From an uncultured virus (IMG/VR IMGVR_UViG_3300048913_000302) (Duplodnaviria; Heunggongvirae; Uroviricota; Caudoviricetes), in IMG/VR virus record IMGVR_UViG_3300048913_000302, positions 1 through 64,000 of that record: a stretch of DNA of 64,000 bases; one strand, 5' to 3'. The notes under the pieces were generated by a model that had not been told where the DNA came from, made no database searches, and saw nothing but the letters and a program-made list of their open reading frames with translations. Within the stretch, counting starts at the first letter, position 1. Every line of letters starts with the position of its first letter. The position numbers and the translations under genes were made by a program. Shown here piece after piece: positions 27,392 through 37,193 of this stretch.

Positions 27392-27430
27392 CCGATCCTT
27401 ACGGATCTCACACCGACCTAGGAGGTCAAC
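27392..27430 (+). repeat. Duplicated structured 5' leader (copy 2)
   Basis: Matches 494-534. Confidence 0.8.
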
Positions 27431-27937
27431 GTGGATAAATTTGCTCAGCAGTTGCAGCAAGCGAACGAAGTGCTCAACAACGTAGGTGTGCGCAGCGCGA
27501 TGATCGCTGCCATGAAGAGTCCTGGAGAATGGGGACCGTCGTTCCGGGCTGCGTTCGTTATCGCCAAGTCGTACTTCTTCCTCGGCGATAACTTGACGAT
27601 GGTGCAGTACGTCACCAACGGCGTTAAAGTCTTTGTGCAGGATCGGGAAGATCGTCTCGGAGCGAAGATGGCTTTCATCGACGACCGAGGTCTTCAAGGC
27701 CTATTCATCGTCGGCGGACATGGGGCGATCGTGATCTTCAACAATGGTGAGATACACCTGCGTGGTGGGTACTATCATGTCCCACCCGATATCGCTGACA
27801 CCATCAGCGTTATCCTCACCAAGCTCATTACGCTTGGCGCACCGATCGTTGGGTTGTGCGAAACAATTGACCGCAACCTCGATAGCAGTGAGCTCGAAGA
27901 ATCCCTGACGAAATTCGGGAAGCTGCTCGTTAATTGA
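27431..27937 (+). CDS. Hypothetical protein
   Basis: GTG start after AGGAGG. Confidence 0.75.
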   Translation: MDKFAQQLQQANEVLNNVGVRSAMIAAMKSPGEWGPSFRAAFVIAKSYFFLGDNLTMVQYVTNGVKVFVQDREDRLGAKMAFIDDRGLQGLFIVGGHGAIVIFNNGEIHLRGGYYHVPPDIADTISVILTKLITLGAPIVGLCETIDRNLDSSELEESLTKFGKLLVN

Positions 27938-27974
27938 TTTAATTTCTGCGAACATCGTCCGGGAGGACAACGCA

Positions 27975-28439
27975 ATGAACATTTCTGCTGCTATTCGTAT
28001 TACGGCTTGTGTAGGTCTTTCCGTTGCTGGGCTCTACACCGCATTCCGCGCCGCTAAGAGCTTTCAGGCTCTGCGTGAAGCAAAGGCTAAGACCAAGGAA
28101 CTTCAAACTGAAAACAGCGATCTGATCGTCACCACCGCTCAGGAAATGTCTGCATCGGCTGAAGCGCATGACGTTCGGATGGCTGCTGCTGAAGAGCGTA
28201 TTGCTGAGGTGCGTGTGAAGGTAGAACAGAACTCTACCGACATGACCGATCAAGTCGCTGAGTTTGAAGAAGAACTGCAACGTATTCGTGATGTGCTCGA
28301 TGAACCACATACCGACCCGGATGAGTTCGAGCAAATACAAGCCAATTTGGAAAGAGGTGATAAACATGGTCGTCAACGTAAGGGTACTCGGCGCTCCACT
28401 GACTCTCGGCGCGATCGACGAGGTGCTGCCGGAGAATAG
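27975..28439 (+). CDS. Membrane-anchored coiled-coil protein
   Basis: GGAGG SD; hydrophobic N-terminus; E/Q-rich heptads. Confidence 0.75.
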   Translation: MNISAAIRITACVGLSVAGLYTAFRAAKSFQALREAKAKTKELQTENSDLIVTTAQEMSASAEAHDVRMAAAEERIAEVRVKVEQNSTDMTDQVAEFEEELQRIRDVLDEPHTDPDEFEQIQANLERGDKHGRQRKGTRRSTDSRRDRRGAAGE

Positions 28440-28674
28440 TCACCGGGCTGGTACCGTGCCCATCATCTTTGAAGATGGGTCTCGGACCAAGATCCGTGTC
28501 TTCGGCTACCTGCCGTACAAACCGGCTCCTGGCTTCTGTCAGGAGTTCGAGCAGTGCATTCGCCGTCTGTGCGAAGATGAAGAGATCTACACGCAACTGT
28601 TCGGCCCTCACGTAGCGGTCACGCAGGCGCGGCGTTTCAACCCAGCTCTGGCACAACGCCACCGCGGCTGGTAA
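28366..28674 (+). CDS. Hypothetical protein
   Basis: GAGGTG SD before ATG 28366; overlaps the upstream ORF by 74 nt. Confidence 0.6.
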   Translation: MVVNVRVLGAPLTLGAIDEVLPENSHRAGTVPIIFEDGSRTKIRVFGYLPYKPAPGFCQEFEQCIRRLCEDEEIYTQLFGPHVAVTQARRFNPALAQRHRGW

Positions 28675-28719
28675 TCCTCGTTAGCTGTATTTGGTTCACT
28701 TATCGTCCGGGAGGACAAC

Positions 28720-29229
28720 ATGGCTCAGATTTGGAAATTGCAAACCGGTAAAGTCGTCGCTGTTGAAGGTGGCGTAACTCGTGTACTCACCCCACCTACT
28801 GGCGTGCATTACGACTTCCCTCGTCGCCGTTGGGTTGCCACTGTGGTCGACAGCAAGGGAGAGTGGGCGCAAGCTTACTTCCCAATCAAGACTGTCGGTG
28901 CACAAACCGCGCTGGAGCAAGCGAGTCTGGCTCGTGAGCTGTCGCTGAACTTCCTGCTCCACCGTCGTCTGCTGCCGCGGGTGCGTAAAGGTTACACTCC
29001 TCGGGTCGTCAACGACCTGTACGTGGTGTGGGACCCTGTCTCGCATACTCGTCGGTTCTTCACTGACGAGAAGCACGCCAAGGCGTTCAACGACGGCTGC
29101 GTTAAAGAATGGCTGGACCTGTACAAATACGACCGTGACACCATGGTCGAGATACGTACCCAGCTCAAACTCGATTTCGCCGAAGTGAAAGCTGGGGTAC
29201 TTGAACCTCTTCTGGGAGCTCGTGCATGA
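28720..29229 (+). CDS. AP2-like DNA-binding domain protein
   Basis: TGVHYD..RRRWVA.......AYF.....G...A...A..AR. Confidence 0.6.
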   Translation: MAQIWKLQTGKVVAVEGGVTRVLTPPTGVHYDFPRRRWVATVVDSKGEWAQAYFPIKTVGAQTALEQASLARELSLNFLLHRRLLPRVRKGYTPRVVNDLYVVWDPVSHTRRFFTDEKHAKAFNDGCVKEWLDLYKYDRDTMVEIRTQLKLDFAEVKAGVLEPLLGARA

Positions 29230-29387
29230 GTGCAGATCTTGAGAAACAGCTTGACGAGATAGAACAGAAGCGTAAGCGCCAAGAGTTCTATCTGACCGTG
29301 CGGGATATCAGCATTGCGATCATCCTCGTATCGGCCATTGTCGGCATGCTCTACTACATTGCTACGAGGGGTGGGTATGTCTCGTAA
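29226..29387 (+). CDS. Small membrane protein (53 aa, absent from ORF track)
   Basis: ATGA overlap, GGAG SD; ISIAIILVSAIVGMLYYIA transmembrane-like segment. Confidence 0.65.
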   Translation: MSADLEKQLDEIEQKRKRQEFYLTVRDISIAIILVSAIVGMLYYIATRGGYVS

Positions 29388-29571
29388 GGAAATCGACGGG
29401 CAGGAAGCCGCGATCTGGGCCCTGTCCGCACTGTTCTCGGTGGGGTTGTTAGTCACGCTCATCGCTCAAGATCAATCTGCCAAATCCCCGGGTTGTATTC
29501 AGGCGACCGAACTCAAACGCGGGGCTATCGTCATCAATGTCGAAGTCCCATACACAGTCTGTAAAGACTAA
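29377..29571 (+). CDS. Small membrane protein
   Basis: ATG 29377; one hydrophobic segment. Confidence 0.6.
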   Translation: MSRKEIDGQEAAIWALSALFSVGLLVTLIAQDQSAKSPGCIQATELKRGAIVINVEVPYTVCKD

Positions 29572-29581
29572 GGAACGAATC

Positions 29582-30424
29582 ATGAAGAAACGCGCCATTC
29601 GCGTAATGCCGGAACAAGTCGAACGTCTGGCCAAATTGGTCAACAGTACGCTCATCCATCGGCGCGCAGGTCTTTATCTCGACCTAGCGGCGGAACGCGG
29701 TCTCGATCCAGAACGAATCGTTTCCGGATTAGAGTATGCCAAAGCAACGTCTGCCGAAATCGAGCAGGTCATGTCCAGCGCCATCGCCAGCGCCGAACCA
29801 GTGAGACCTCGTTTCCATACCGGTTTGATCCGCCGTCAGCTGTTGGGCGATCCAGACAGCCTCGAACGCCTAACCGGCAGAAAGCTCGAACGTCAATTGC
29901 CCTGGGACAAGGTAGCGACTCTGTCGGAGTACACTACCAGACCTGTCGATGAGACGTTGCGGTTCTGGAACTTCATCTATCGAGAGTTGGGTGAGTTGGT
30001 GCGCATCCGCCGCACGCTGGGAACCATGGCCCACACCAACCCTGACGAATACCGCGCAATCGGTCAGTCAGCCAAGGTGGTGGACGCAAAGATCTCGGAC
30101 TTCCAGACATTCATCGCCAAGTTCGATGTTCCTGAAAATTACCTCCCGGCTTCTGGGTTACCTGAAGAGCGTGAAGCGTTCTTCTACGCTCTGGTGGTTG
30201 AGGCGCAAGAGTTATTCACCAAGGCCGTCGATCTGCGTCTGAGTCACTTCGGCCAGATGACGCCTGAGGTGATTCAAACCTGCGTCAGGCTGACGGATCT
30301 CCACGAGTTCATCCGTCGGTCCGGATTCGAATTCTCGTATCAGATCGCTCCGTTCGCATGTCGCTTGTTCGAGATCCTCGACATCGATGTGATCAACCCT
30401 CTTCTCTGGCCGAAAGCGGCGTAA
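29582..30424 (+). CDS. Hypothetical protein
   Basis: AAGGA SD; 280 aa. Confidence 0.75.
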   Translation: MKKRAIRVMPEQVERLAKLVNSTLIHRRAGLYLDLAAERGLDPERIVSGLEYAKATSAEIEQVMSSAIASAEPVRPRFHTGLIRRQLLGDPDSLERLTGRKLERQLPWDKVATLSEYTTRPVDETLRFWNFIYRELGELVRIRRTLGTMAHTNPDEYRAIGQSAKVVDAKISDFQTFIAKFDVPENYLPASGLPEEREAFFYALVVEAQELFTKAVDLRLSHFGQMTPEVIQTCVRLTDLHEFIRRSGFEFSYQIAPFACRLFEILDIDVINPLLWPKAA

Positions 30425-30434
30425 GGATATCAGC

Positions 30435-31226
30435 ATGACTCGTAACGCAAACGACACAATGAGTTTGATTCTACATGCCCAGAAAGAACAGCTGGTCGAA
30501 GGTCCTCCAGAACTGTTCTTCGCCCTCCTAGAGGATCACGCCAGACATCTCCTGAAAGCAACGCTGGAGATTACTCTAATTGCGCGTGATCTGAAGCAGG
30601 ACATGCGAGACCAGGCCAAACAGACTCGCGCGACTGCGGTGAGGATGGTTCGGGACATCCTGCTCTTCATCGCCCGTAGTCGTGGTTTGAATCAGGACTG
30701 TGAACAAGGTTACGTCGACATGACGCTGGATCGCAGTTTCCACAACGGTGCGATATATCTCGGCATGGGGCGTTATAAGCTCGATCCGATTCTGGCGCTT
30801 CCTGAAGATCTTCGCCTGTGTCAACTTCGTGGTCAGTCCTTCGACATAGATCCGAAGCCAATCACGGAACCTTATCTGGGCACTCATCTCACCGAGCTCG
30901 TCAGCGATATCGACATTACCGATACCTATCCGAAAACCCAAGAGGTTCCTCTCGAGGTAGCGCTCGAGTTGGGATACGGATACGACATGACTACCGGTAA
31001 ACTCATCGAACCAGAAGAAGCCGCACGTCTGGCTAGCGGGTTGAAGGCAGTTATAGTGGAGGGATCTAACGGACACCAGGCTGCTACCACGACCGCAGAA
31101 CGGTATTGCCAACAAGTCTTCGAAGAACGACGTAAGTCGCTCGGCGACGAGTCCGGACATCCCGGGAACAACCTGGAACCTGGATTGATATCGAAAGCTA
31201 TGTCTCGCTCTGACTCGAACGAGTGA
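30435..31226 (+). CDS. Hypothetical protein
   Basis: AAGGA SD; 263 aa. Confidence 0.75.
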   Translation: MTRNANDTMSLILHAQKEQLVEGPPELFFALLEDHARHLLKATLEITLIARDLKQDMRDQAKQTRATAVRMVRDILLFIARSRGLNQDCEQGYVDMTLDRSFHNGAIYLGMGRYKLDPILALPEDLRLCQLRGQSFDIDPKPITEPYLGTHLTELVSDIDITDTYPKTQEVPLEVALELGYGYDMTTGKLIEPEEAARLASGLKAVIVEGSNGHQAATTTAERYCQQVFEERRKSLGDESGHPGNNLEPGLISKAMSRSDSNE

Positions 31227-31276
31227 CGGCATAGAGGAGTGGGCGCAAGCCCACTCCTCTCGCTTTCTTTTTTTTT
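31227..31276. terminator. Bidirectional terminator
   Basis: agaggagtgggc-gcaa-gcccactcctct; T-run on +, TATGCCG on -. Confidence 0.8.
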
Positions 31277-31291
31277 GTTTACTTCTGCCGA

Positions 31292-32836
31292 TCAGTCGTC
31301 ATCAAAGTTTGCGAAGTCATACCCGCCCTGACTCACGTTGTTTCGACCACCGACTTTGGAGTAGGACAGATCCACTTCCAAGTCTTGGTCGTACTTCAAG
31401 CCGAGCATTGGGTACTCCTGGAACTTCATTGCGAAGTACTTATCTTGCTCGAGCGTGGTACCTACCTTACGGTGTTTGCACCAGTTGAACTCTTGCCACC
31501 ACTCGCCACCGTGTTTGGTCTTGGCAACCATGTACTCGTAGTCGAACTCAGTGTCCAACTTCTTACAGCCTTCGTAGTAACCTTTACCTTGAAGACGTTT
31601 GAGGTAATCGTCAGGGAACTGACGAGCCAGCGTCTTGGCATCGGTCGAAAGCTGGTGGGCTGAGTAGGTATAGATGTCGTTAGGCGAAGTCCAGCTACGG
31701 ACCTTACGGACCAACAGCTGAGTCTCGTCACCCGCTACCTGTGCAGGAATACCCTGCTTACCGATCAGGTTGGTGTAGTCAAGGCCAATCGAAATGATCT
31801 CAAAGCCTTGGTCCTGGAACGCACGCATCTCGTCAAGGAATGCGTCAGACGAAGTACCGCCCGGCAGTTCCATGATTCGAACGTGGTGACCGTTCTTGGA
31901 CAGACGACGGTGGACGTACTCGGCCATCTCTGCTGGAGAGACTGCGTTGACCACAACCGGCAAACCAAACTCGTGCTGCATCAGAAGAACGTACAGCTTC
32001 TCCATGACGAGTTCGAGCTTGTCTTCGATGGTGACGTAGATGTTGAGCGGCTTCTTCGTTTCATCGAACAGGACGGGTTCGTTGAAGATGTTCATCGCTA
32101 CAAACGTGTCGAGCAGGTTACCGGTCTTGTTCTGACCAGGTAGTGCCGATACGTTGGAATACTCACCACGACGAGCACCGCCCTGAGAGCCGGTCATCCG
32201 GTTCAGTGCTTTATAAGCCAGCTTGAGGATAGCCCGTGGGTCTACAGCCAACTGCGCCTTGTGGAAGACGTCAGCCACGCTCTCAAGGTTGGTAATGTCC
32301 AGACAACGGAAGGCACTACCAGCACCAGCGCGGTTCTCGAACGGCAATGCTTGAAGTTTGAGGATCAGCTCTTCACGGAAGGAGCGGACATCCTCGATCT
32401 TCTCACGGTCAAACCCGAGCTGGCGTGAAGCACGACGCAGCAGGTTTTCGAATTCTTCAACTGCGATGAACTCATGCATTTCCGAAGAGATGTCACGAAC
32501 TTTATCGCGTGCCGCATCCGGGTCATCGACCAGCAGGAGGCTGCGGCTAAATAGATCATATAGGCGATCATCCTCACCCGAGGCCGCCCGGAGTCTGGTC
32601 ATCAGGTCGTTCAGATCGAACGGCTGTTCGAAGCCGCGCGACTTCATCCAGACAACAATGCTGCGTGCTTTAATTAGTGACGAGCGTTCTCGCTCTGTTC
32701 CTTTATCCTCGGGGAGTTTGAGGTGGTTCAGGATCTTTTCGATCAGATTGGCTGTCGAATCATGCGGGCCGTTCTGACTATGGCTAGCGTAGTATGCAAG
32801 ACCAATCGCTTTAGCTAAACGAAGCTTTACTTCCAT
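31292..32836 (-). CDS. DnaB-like replicative helicase (phiKZ gp118-like)
   Basis: GG.RRGE...ALPGQNKT, LDY, AHQLS, KHR motifs; divergent from the capsid gene as in phiKZ. Confidence 0.8.
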   Translation of the reverse strand: MEVKLRLAKAIGLAYYASHSQNGPHDSTANLIEKILNHLKLPEDKGTERERSSLIKARSIVVWMKSRGFEQPFDLNDLMTRLRAASGEDDRLYDLFSRSLLLVDDPDAARDKVRDISSEMHEFIAVEEFENLLRRASRQLGFDREKIEDVRSFREELILKLQALPFENRAGAGSAFRCLDITNLESVADVFHKAQLAVDPRAILKLAYKALNRMTGSQGGARRGEYSNVSALPGQNKTGNLLDTFVAMNIFNEPVLFDETKKPLNIYVTIEDKLELVMEKLYVLLMQHEFGLPVVVNAVSPAEMAEYVHRRLSKNGHHVRIMELPGGTSSDAFLDEMRAFQDQGFEIISIGLDYTNLIGKQGIPAQVAGDETQLLVRKVRSWTSPNDIYTYSAHQLSTDAKTLARQFPDDYLKRLQGKGYYEGCKKLDTEFDYEYMVAKTKHGGEWWQEFNWCKHRKVGTTLEQDKYFAMKFQEYPMLGLKYDQDLEVDLSYSKVGGRNNVSQGGYDFANFDDD

Positions 32837-32885
32837 TTCTTCACTGCCTCACGTCAGGCAATCATTAATTTGTGGGGAATCTGTG

Positions 32886-33458
32886 ATGAACAACCCGCTG
32901 GAAATCAGGTTCGTTCCAAAGTGGCTGGGTTCTGTTATCAGCCACTATAATTCGAGTCTCGCCAATCTCGAGAGCATAGTATCGAAACAAGATGTGAAGC
33001 TCTACAAGTTGGCCAACAATCTCCTTCGTACCAAGTTCGAATTGATGCGGGTAAAGGACTTTACCTTCCCTGCTGCGGACATCGAAGGACAATATTCTGA
33101 GGAAGATGCGGTATTCGCACTCTTCGGACAAAACCCTGAGAACAAAGCTGTACCACACTTCCACCTGGCGCACTTCGAAGTGCATGACGATGGTCGTGGT
33201 GGGATCTTCATCCTCGAGAAGGGTGGGGATGCCGAAGCGAAGGATCTGACCAAAGAACTTTTGGTAGCGCTCGATACCTATCGGGGTCGGGCTCAGGCGT
33301 TCGATTCGGACTCGTTCAAACGATATCTACTTTCTGTAAATAATGACCACATCAACACGGCTGACGAAAACCTGCATCGTCTGGTACAGCCACCGGTCAT
33401 TACTCCAGATGGTGGTGGCGAACCTTCGGACGGTAACAATAATTCGAAGGATGTGTGA
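32886..33458 (+). CDS. Hypothetical protein upstream of major capsid gene
   Basis: 190-aa ORF; syntenic position. Confidence 0.7.
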   Translation: MNNPLEIRFVPKWLGSVISHYNSSLANLESIVSKQDVKLYKLANNLLRTKFELMRVKDFTFPAADIEGQYSEEDAVFALFGQNPENKAVPHFHLAHFEVHDDGRGGIFILEKGGDAEAKDLTKELLVALDTYRGRAQAFDSDSFKRYLLSVNNDHINTADENLHRLVQPPVITPDGGGEPSDGNNNSKDV

Positions 33459-33622
33459 TTCGCCGATATGATGTTATGGCGAATACCGTAATTTTTTACG
33501 GTGATCGAATTAACGCTCAGAGGGACGCGGGGTTGCCGGTGCTAGTCGACTAATACCGGGTGGGCGTCAATCCCAAAATCAAAGCTTTGATAATTCTACC
33601 AAATAGCTATTTGGAGCAACAC

Positions 33623-35890
33623 ATGAGCGTATTGAAACTCAAGTCCGCGTTTCGCGAATCCGCCGGCATTGCCAGCGCTGCGACGCTGAAAGACCACCTG
33701 TTCAACGGCAGCGGTTATTCGACCGAGAGCAAACAGGTTATCGAAGGCGTTGGCGGCGGTTCGGTCAAGTGGGCCGACATCGATCTCAACCAGATCGCTG
33801 GCAACCTGAAGAAGGTCCTCGAGCCTTCGATGGAAAACAAAGAAGGGTACCTGAACCCTGTCGGCATGACCGCCGCTTCTCTGATCGCCGCATTTGCCGC
33901 CGATCCGAAAGCCTACCTGCACGCTCAAAAGGGTGAAGGTATCGGCAAGCTGGGCGACGGCATCGGCATGGCCTCGCTGGAAGGTCGCGAGTACGACTCC
34001 GTCTACTCCACCGAATCCTTCGACAACCAGAACCTGAACGAGTTCCTGAACGTCTCGATCGGCCTGAACTACAAGATCGCCCGTCAAGGCGCGGCCATGG
34101 AAATGTTCTTCCGTACCGTGGCTCTGTCTCCGGACCAGGGCGGTGTGGACATCATGGTTCCGAACCTGTTCGTTGAGAACCTGGTGCGTCACGCTACCGA
34201 TGGTACTCCTTCGGACTTCGGTTTCCGCCGTGTGATCGACTCCTCGATCGACTACACCGTGCTGAACGACAACAGCACCGCGATCCTGCCGACCTACAAC
34301 GACGCCACCAAGGCGATGTTCGTTCCGACCAGCCTGGTGACTCCGTTCCCGCACACTGTCGGCAAGCGTACCGTTACCACTTCGGCGCTGCTGGTGCAGA
34401 AAGAGATCAACCTCTTCGGCCTGGGCAACCTGGACACCGTGAGCCGTGCCGGTCAGGCCGACTACACCGAAGCTCTGGACCGCAACATCGGTGTGGCCTG
34501 GATCATCCTGTCGCTGGGCGGCGCTGCGCTGCGTTTCGACACCCTGGGTCTGCCATACAGCCGCTGGCTGAAAACCGCTGAACAAGGCGGCCGTGCGCTG
34601 AAGCTGAACTTCGACCTGACCTCCCTGTTCGTGGACAAGGACACCAAGGACGCCAACGGTAACGCGCTGACTGGCGGTGTCTGGGACATCATCACTGCAG
34701 GCAAGTACACCGTTCGTCTGAAGACCACCCTGAACGGTAAGGTCGACGTTGAACGTGGCGGTATCTCGGTGAACCCAGGTATCGTTGAAGTGATGTCGAT
34801 CGTCAACGAAGCAGGCGACGTGATTCCTCTGGCCGGCACCGTTGGTCAGTCGATCGTTACCGGTTTCGAAGATATCGCCGTGGCCGGCTGGTGGCCAGAC
34901 GCTCGTCTGACCAACACCAACCACCGTCACCTGGGTCTGATGCTCAACGTCCGTCCGGTCGGCGAGCGCCTGATGACCCGTACCCGCGCACCGTTCTTCG
35001 TACCGTACCCAGTCGGCGAAGAGCGTGACCAGACCATCATGGATCACCTGGTCTTCGCGGTCGGCAACTACATCAACAACGAAGCGGTCGGCGTGCTGCA
35101 AGCCTACCACGAACGTCTGATGCGTCTGTCGAACGGCGGCCTGCGTGGCGACCTGACCAAGGGCGACTTCGAAATCAACGCTCTGGCAATCGAAGGTATC
35201 GGCCGTCACCTGGTCAACGCCTACTGCCAGGAACTGAATATCAACCTGAAGGACGATACTCAGTCGCAAGAAACCGTTGCCAACGTGGAAAACGGTATCG
35301 AGGTTCTGACCAACGCCATGCGTTCGGTTGCCTTCGACATCCTGCAGCGCACCAACTACGAAAACGCCTGCCGGTTCCTGGACGGTGGTGAGATCACCAA
35401 CAAGTGGAAGTTCATCTGCGCAACCTCGCAGAAGATCAAACGCTTCCTCACCATCACCGGCGACAGCCGTACCCTGGGTGCGGACCTGCCGTACCAGCTG
35501 GAAGCCGACGTCGATGCGCGTCTGGCCGACACGCTGTACATGTCGCTGTCCCGTGACGTCGACGGTATCGACATCCTGTCTTCGGGCGTGATGCTCCTGA
35601 CTCCGTCGCTGGTTTCCAGCATGACTGTTACCCGTGACAACACCCCGCGTGTTGAAGCGGTCGTACAGCCACGCTTCCAACACTACTTCCTGCTGCCGAT
35701 CATCGTGAAGTTCAACGTGCTCGGCGTGGACGAACTGCTGGAAGAAACCATGCCTTTTCGTGTCGCGGCAACCGTCACCGAAGCTGACGGAAGTGGCACC
35801 GGTGGTGGCACTGGGGGCACTGGCGGCGGGACTGGCGGCACCGGTGGTAACGGTGTAGACGACGGTACTGGTACCGGCGGTCAGCCTTAA
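33623..35890 (+). CDS. Major capsid protein (phiKZ gp120-like)
   Basis: ~755 aa; strong codon bias; propeptide with S-x-E sites (STE, SME, SLE, STE-SF); VQPRF.H...LPII motif; synteny between DnaB and RNAP. Confidence 0.85.
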   Translation: MSVLKLKSAFRESAGIASAATLKDHLFNGSGYSTESKQVIEGVGGGSVKWADIDLNQIAGNLKKVLEPSMENKEGYLNPVGMTAASLIAAFAADPKAYLHAQKGEGIGKLGDGIGMASLEGREYDSVYSTESFDNQNLNEFLNVSIGLNYKIARQGAAMEMFFRTVALSPDQGGVDIMVPNLFVENLVRHATDGTPSDFGFRRVIDSSIDYTVLNDNSTAILPTYNDATKAMFVPTSLVTPFPHTVGKRTVTTSALLVQKEINLFGLGNLDTVSRAGQADYTEALDRNIGVAWIILSLGGAALRFDTLGLPYSRWLKTAEQGGRALKLNFDLTSLFVDKDTKDANGNALTGGVWDIITAGKYTVRLKTTLNGKVDVERGGISVNPGIVEVMSIVNEAGDVIPLAGTVGQSIVTGFEDIAVAGWWPDARLTNTNHRHLGLMLNVRPVGERLMTRTRAPFFVPYPVGEERDQTIMDHLVFAVGNYINNEAVGVLQAYHERLMRLSNGGLRGDLTKGDFEINALAIEGIGRHLVNAYCQELNINLKDDTQSQETVANVENGIEVLTNAMRSVAFDILQRTNYENACRFLDGGEITNKWKFICATSQKIKRFLTITGDSRTLGADLPYQLEADVDARLADTLYMSLSRDVDGIDILSSGVMLLTPSLVSSMTVTRDNTPRVEAVVQPRFQHYFLLPIIVKFNVLGVDELLEETMPFRVAATVTEADGSGTGGGTGGTGGGTGGTGGNGVDDGTGTGGQP

Positions 35891-35930
35891 CTCGCAAGGG
35901 TTGAGGAGTCATCTAGCAATTAGGTGATAG

Positions 35931-35966
35931 TAGAGCAGGTGGGCGCAAGCCCACCTGCTCTATGCC
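35931..35966 (+). terminator. Hairpin (GCAA) + TATGC
   Basis: tagagcaggtgggc-gcaa-gcccacctgctcta. Confidence 0.75.
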
Positions 35967-36079
35967 CTTTATGCTCTTTTTAGAACAAACGATTTACAGT
36001 AGTACATTACTAAATCGGTAAGTGGGAAATAAGAATGGAGCGATTCGATCGGTAAATTCCTACAGGGGAGTTCTAAACT

Positions 36080-37186
36080 ATGGAGTCGAAAGGTCGCCAA
36101 GTTTCCGTGCTCGACGTATGCAGTGTTGAGACGCTGAAATGTAGCAGAGTGATCGACGACACAATCGCCTCTACGGATTTCCGTATGAGGTGTTTTAATC
36201 GTACGACAACGGGGATTTGGCATAAGACTCGTCTAGGTGTCAATACGTACTTGCCGGGCCAGCCGGTGAGTCACGGAAGTAGCGAGCGATTCGACGTAGA
36301 ACTGGAATGGCGGGTTCCGATCAAGGATCTTCGCACAATCACAGATGAGATACGGGATAATATCCTGAGCAACAGTAAGGTCGTTCGTGAGATCATGTTG
36401 GCTTTCGACGATCAGGTAAAGATGTTCTCGAACGGTAGTAAGCTCGGGCACGTCACCGTTACTGTGCTGGTATCTCTGAAGTGGGGAGCACTGGAGGCAC
36501 TGGGTGGTATCGTTTATCTGGAGGAGTTGGACTTACAGTTAGTTCCGGATGGCAATCGGGACAAGCGCGTAGAACATCCCTTCGGTCCAACGGAAGCGGT
36601 CAAGCGATCTTTCCGTGGAGCGGTGCCGCACATCAGCAACAAAACGCTTGTGTTTTCTCTCAAGGCTGTAGACAACAGTCCTGTCCAACATCGATCTGAC
36701 CGGTATCTGTTCCTCGGGGGCGAGGTTTATCCCGTTCCGATAGAACGGGACCCGACTATGCCGTCGGGTGTGCACCTGGTGTGCCGTAACCCAGTAAGCG
36801 CCATCAATGCGCGGACTGATACCAAAGACATGTGTCACAAACATTACGACTTCGAAACAGCGGATACTCTTTTCCGTCTGTGTAAGACAGCTGAGGACGC
36901 TGTGATCGAAGGTGATCGTGAGACACTGCTGAAACGAGAGCTGGCGGAGACAGTTCATCGGCAGAAGATCGATGAGTTGCAAATGCGGGAAACTGTAACT
37001 CGGGAGGAGCACGTCCGGGAGAAAGAATTCCGCGAGTACAAAGAAGAGGTGACTCGAAGACGGTTCCAAGAGGAGCAGGTCAAAGAGAATACCCGAAACT
37101 TGGCCGACTGGATAAAACTGGTGGGCGGAATGATGGCTGCCGTCGTTGGGGTCATCGGGTTCATTAACAAACTGAAACCAACATAG
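36080..37186 (+). CDS. Jumbo-phage hypothetical protein with C-terminal coiled coil and hydrophobic tail
   Basis: 368 aa, GGGGAG SD, position between capsid and RNAP genes. Confidence 0.75.
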   Translation: MESKGRQVSVLDVCSVETLKCSRVIDDTIASTDFRMRCFNRTTTGIWHKTRLGVNTYLPGQPVSHGSSERFDVELEWRVPIKDLRTITDEIRDNILSNSKVVREIMLAFDDQVKMFSNGSKLGHVTVTVLVSLKWGALEALGGIVYLEELDLQLVPDGNRDKRVEHPFGPTEAVKRSFRGAVPHISNKTLVFSLKAVDNSPVQHRSDRYLFLGGEVYPVPIERDPTMPSGVHLVCRNPVSAINARTDTKDMCHKHYDFETADTLFRLCKTAEDAVIEGDRETLLKRELAETVHRQKIDELQMRETVTREEHVREKEFREYKEEVTRRRFQEEQVKENTRNLADWIKLVGGMMAAVVGVIGFINKLKPT

Positions 37187-37193
37187 GTTCGTC

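Noticed and set aside
33596..35683. Long antisense ORFs (also 4625-6475, 38812-40896, 46790-48706, 49830-52070, 53035-54675, 56896-59088)
   Set aside because: They shadow well-supported genes on the opposite strand, have no recognisable motifs, and are expected from biased codon usage.
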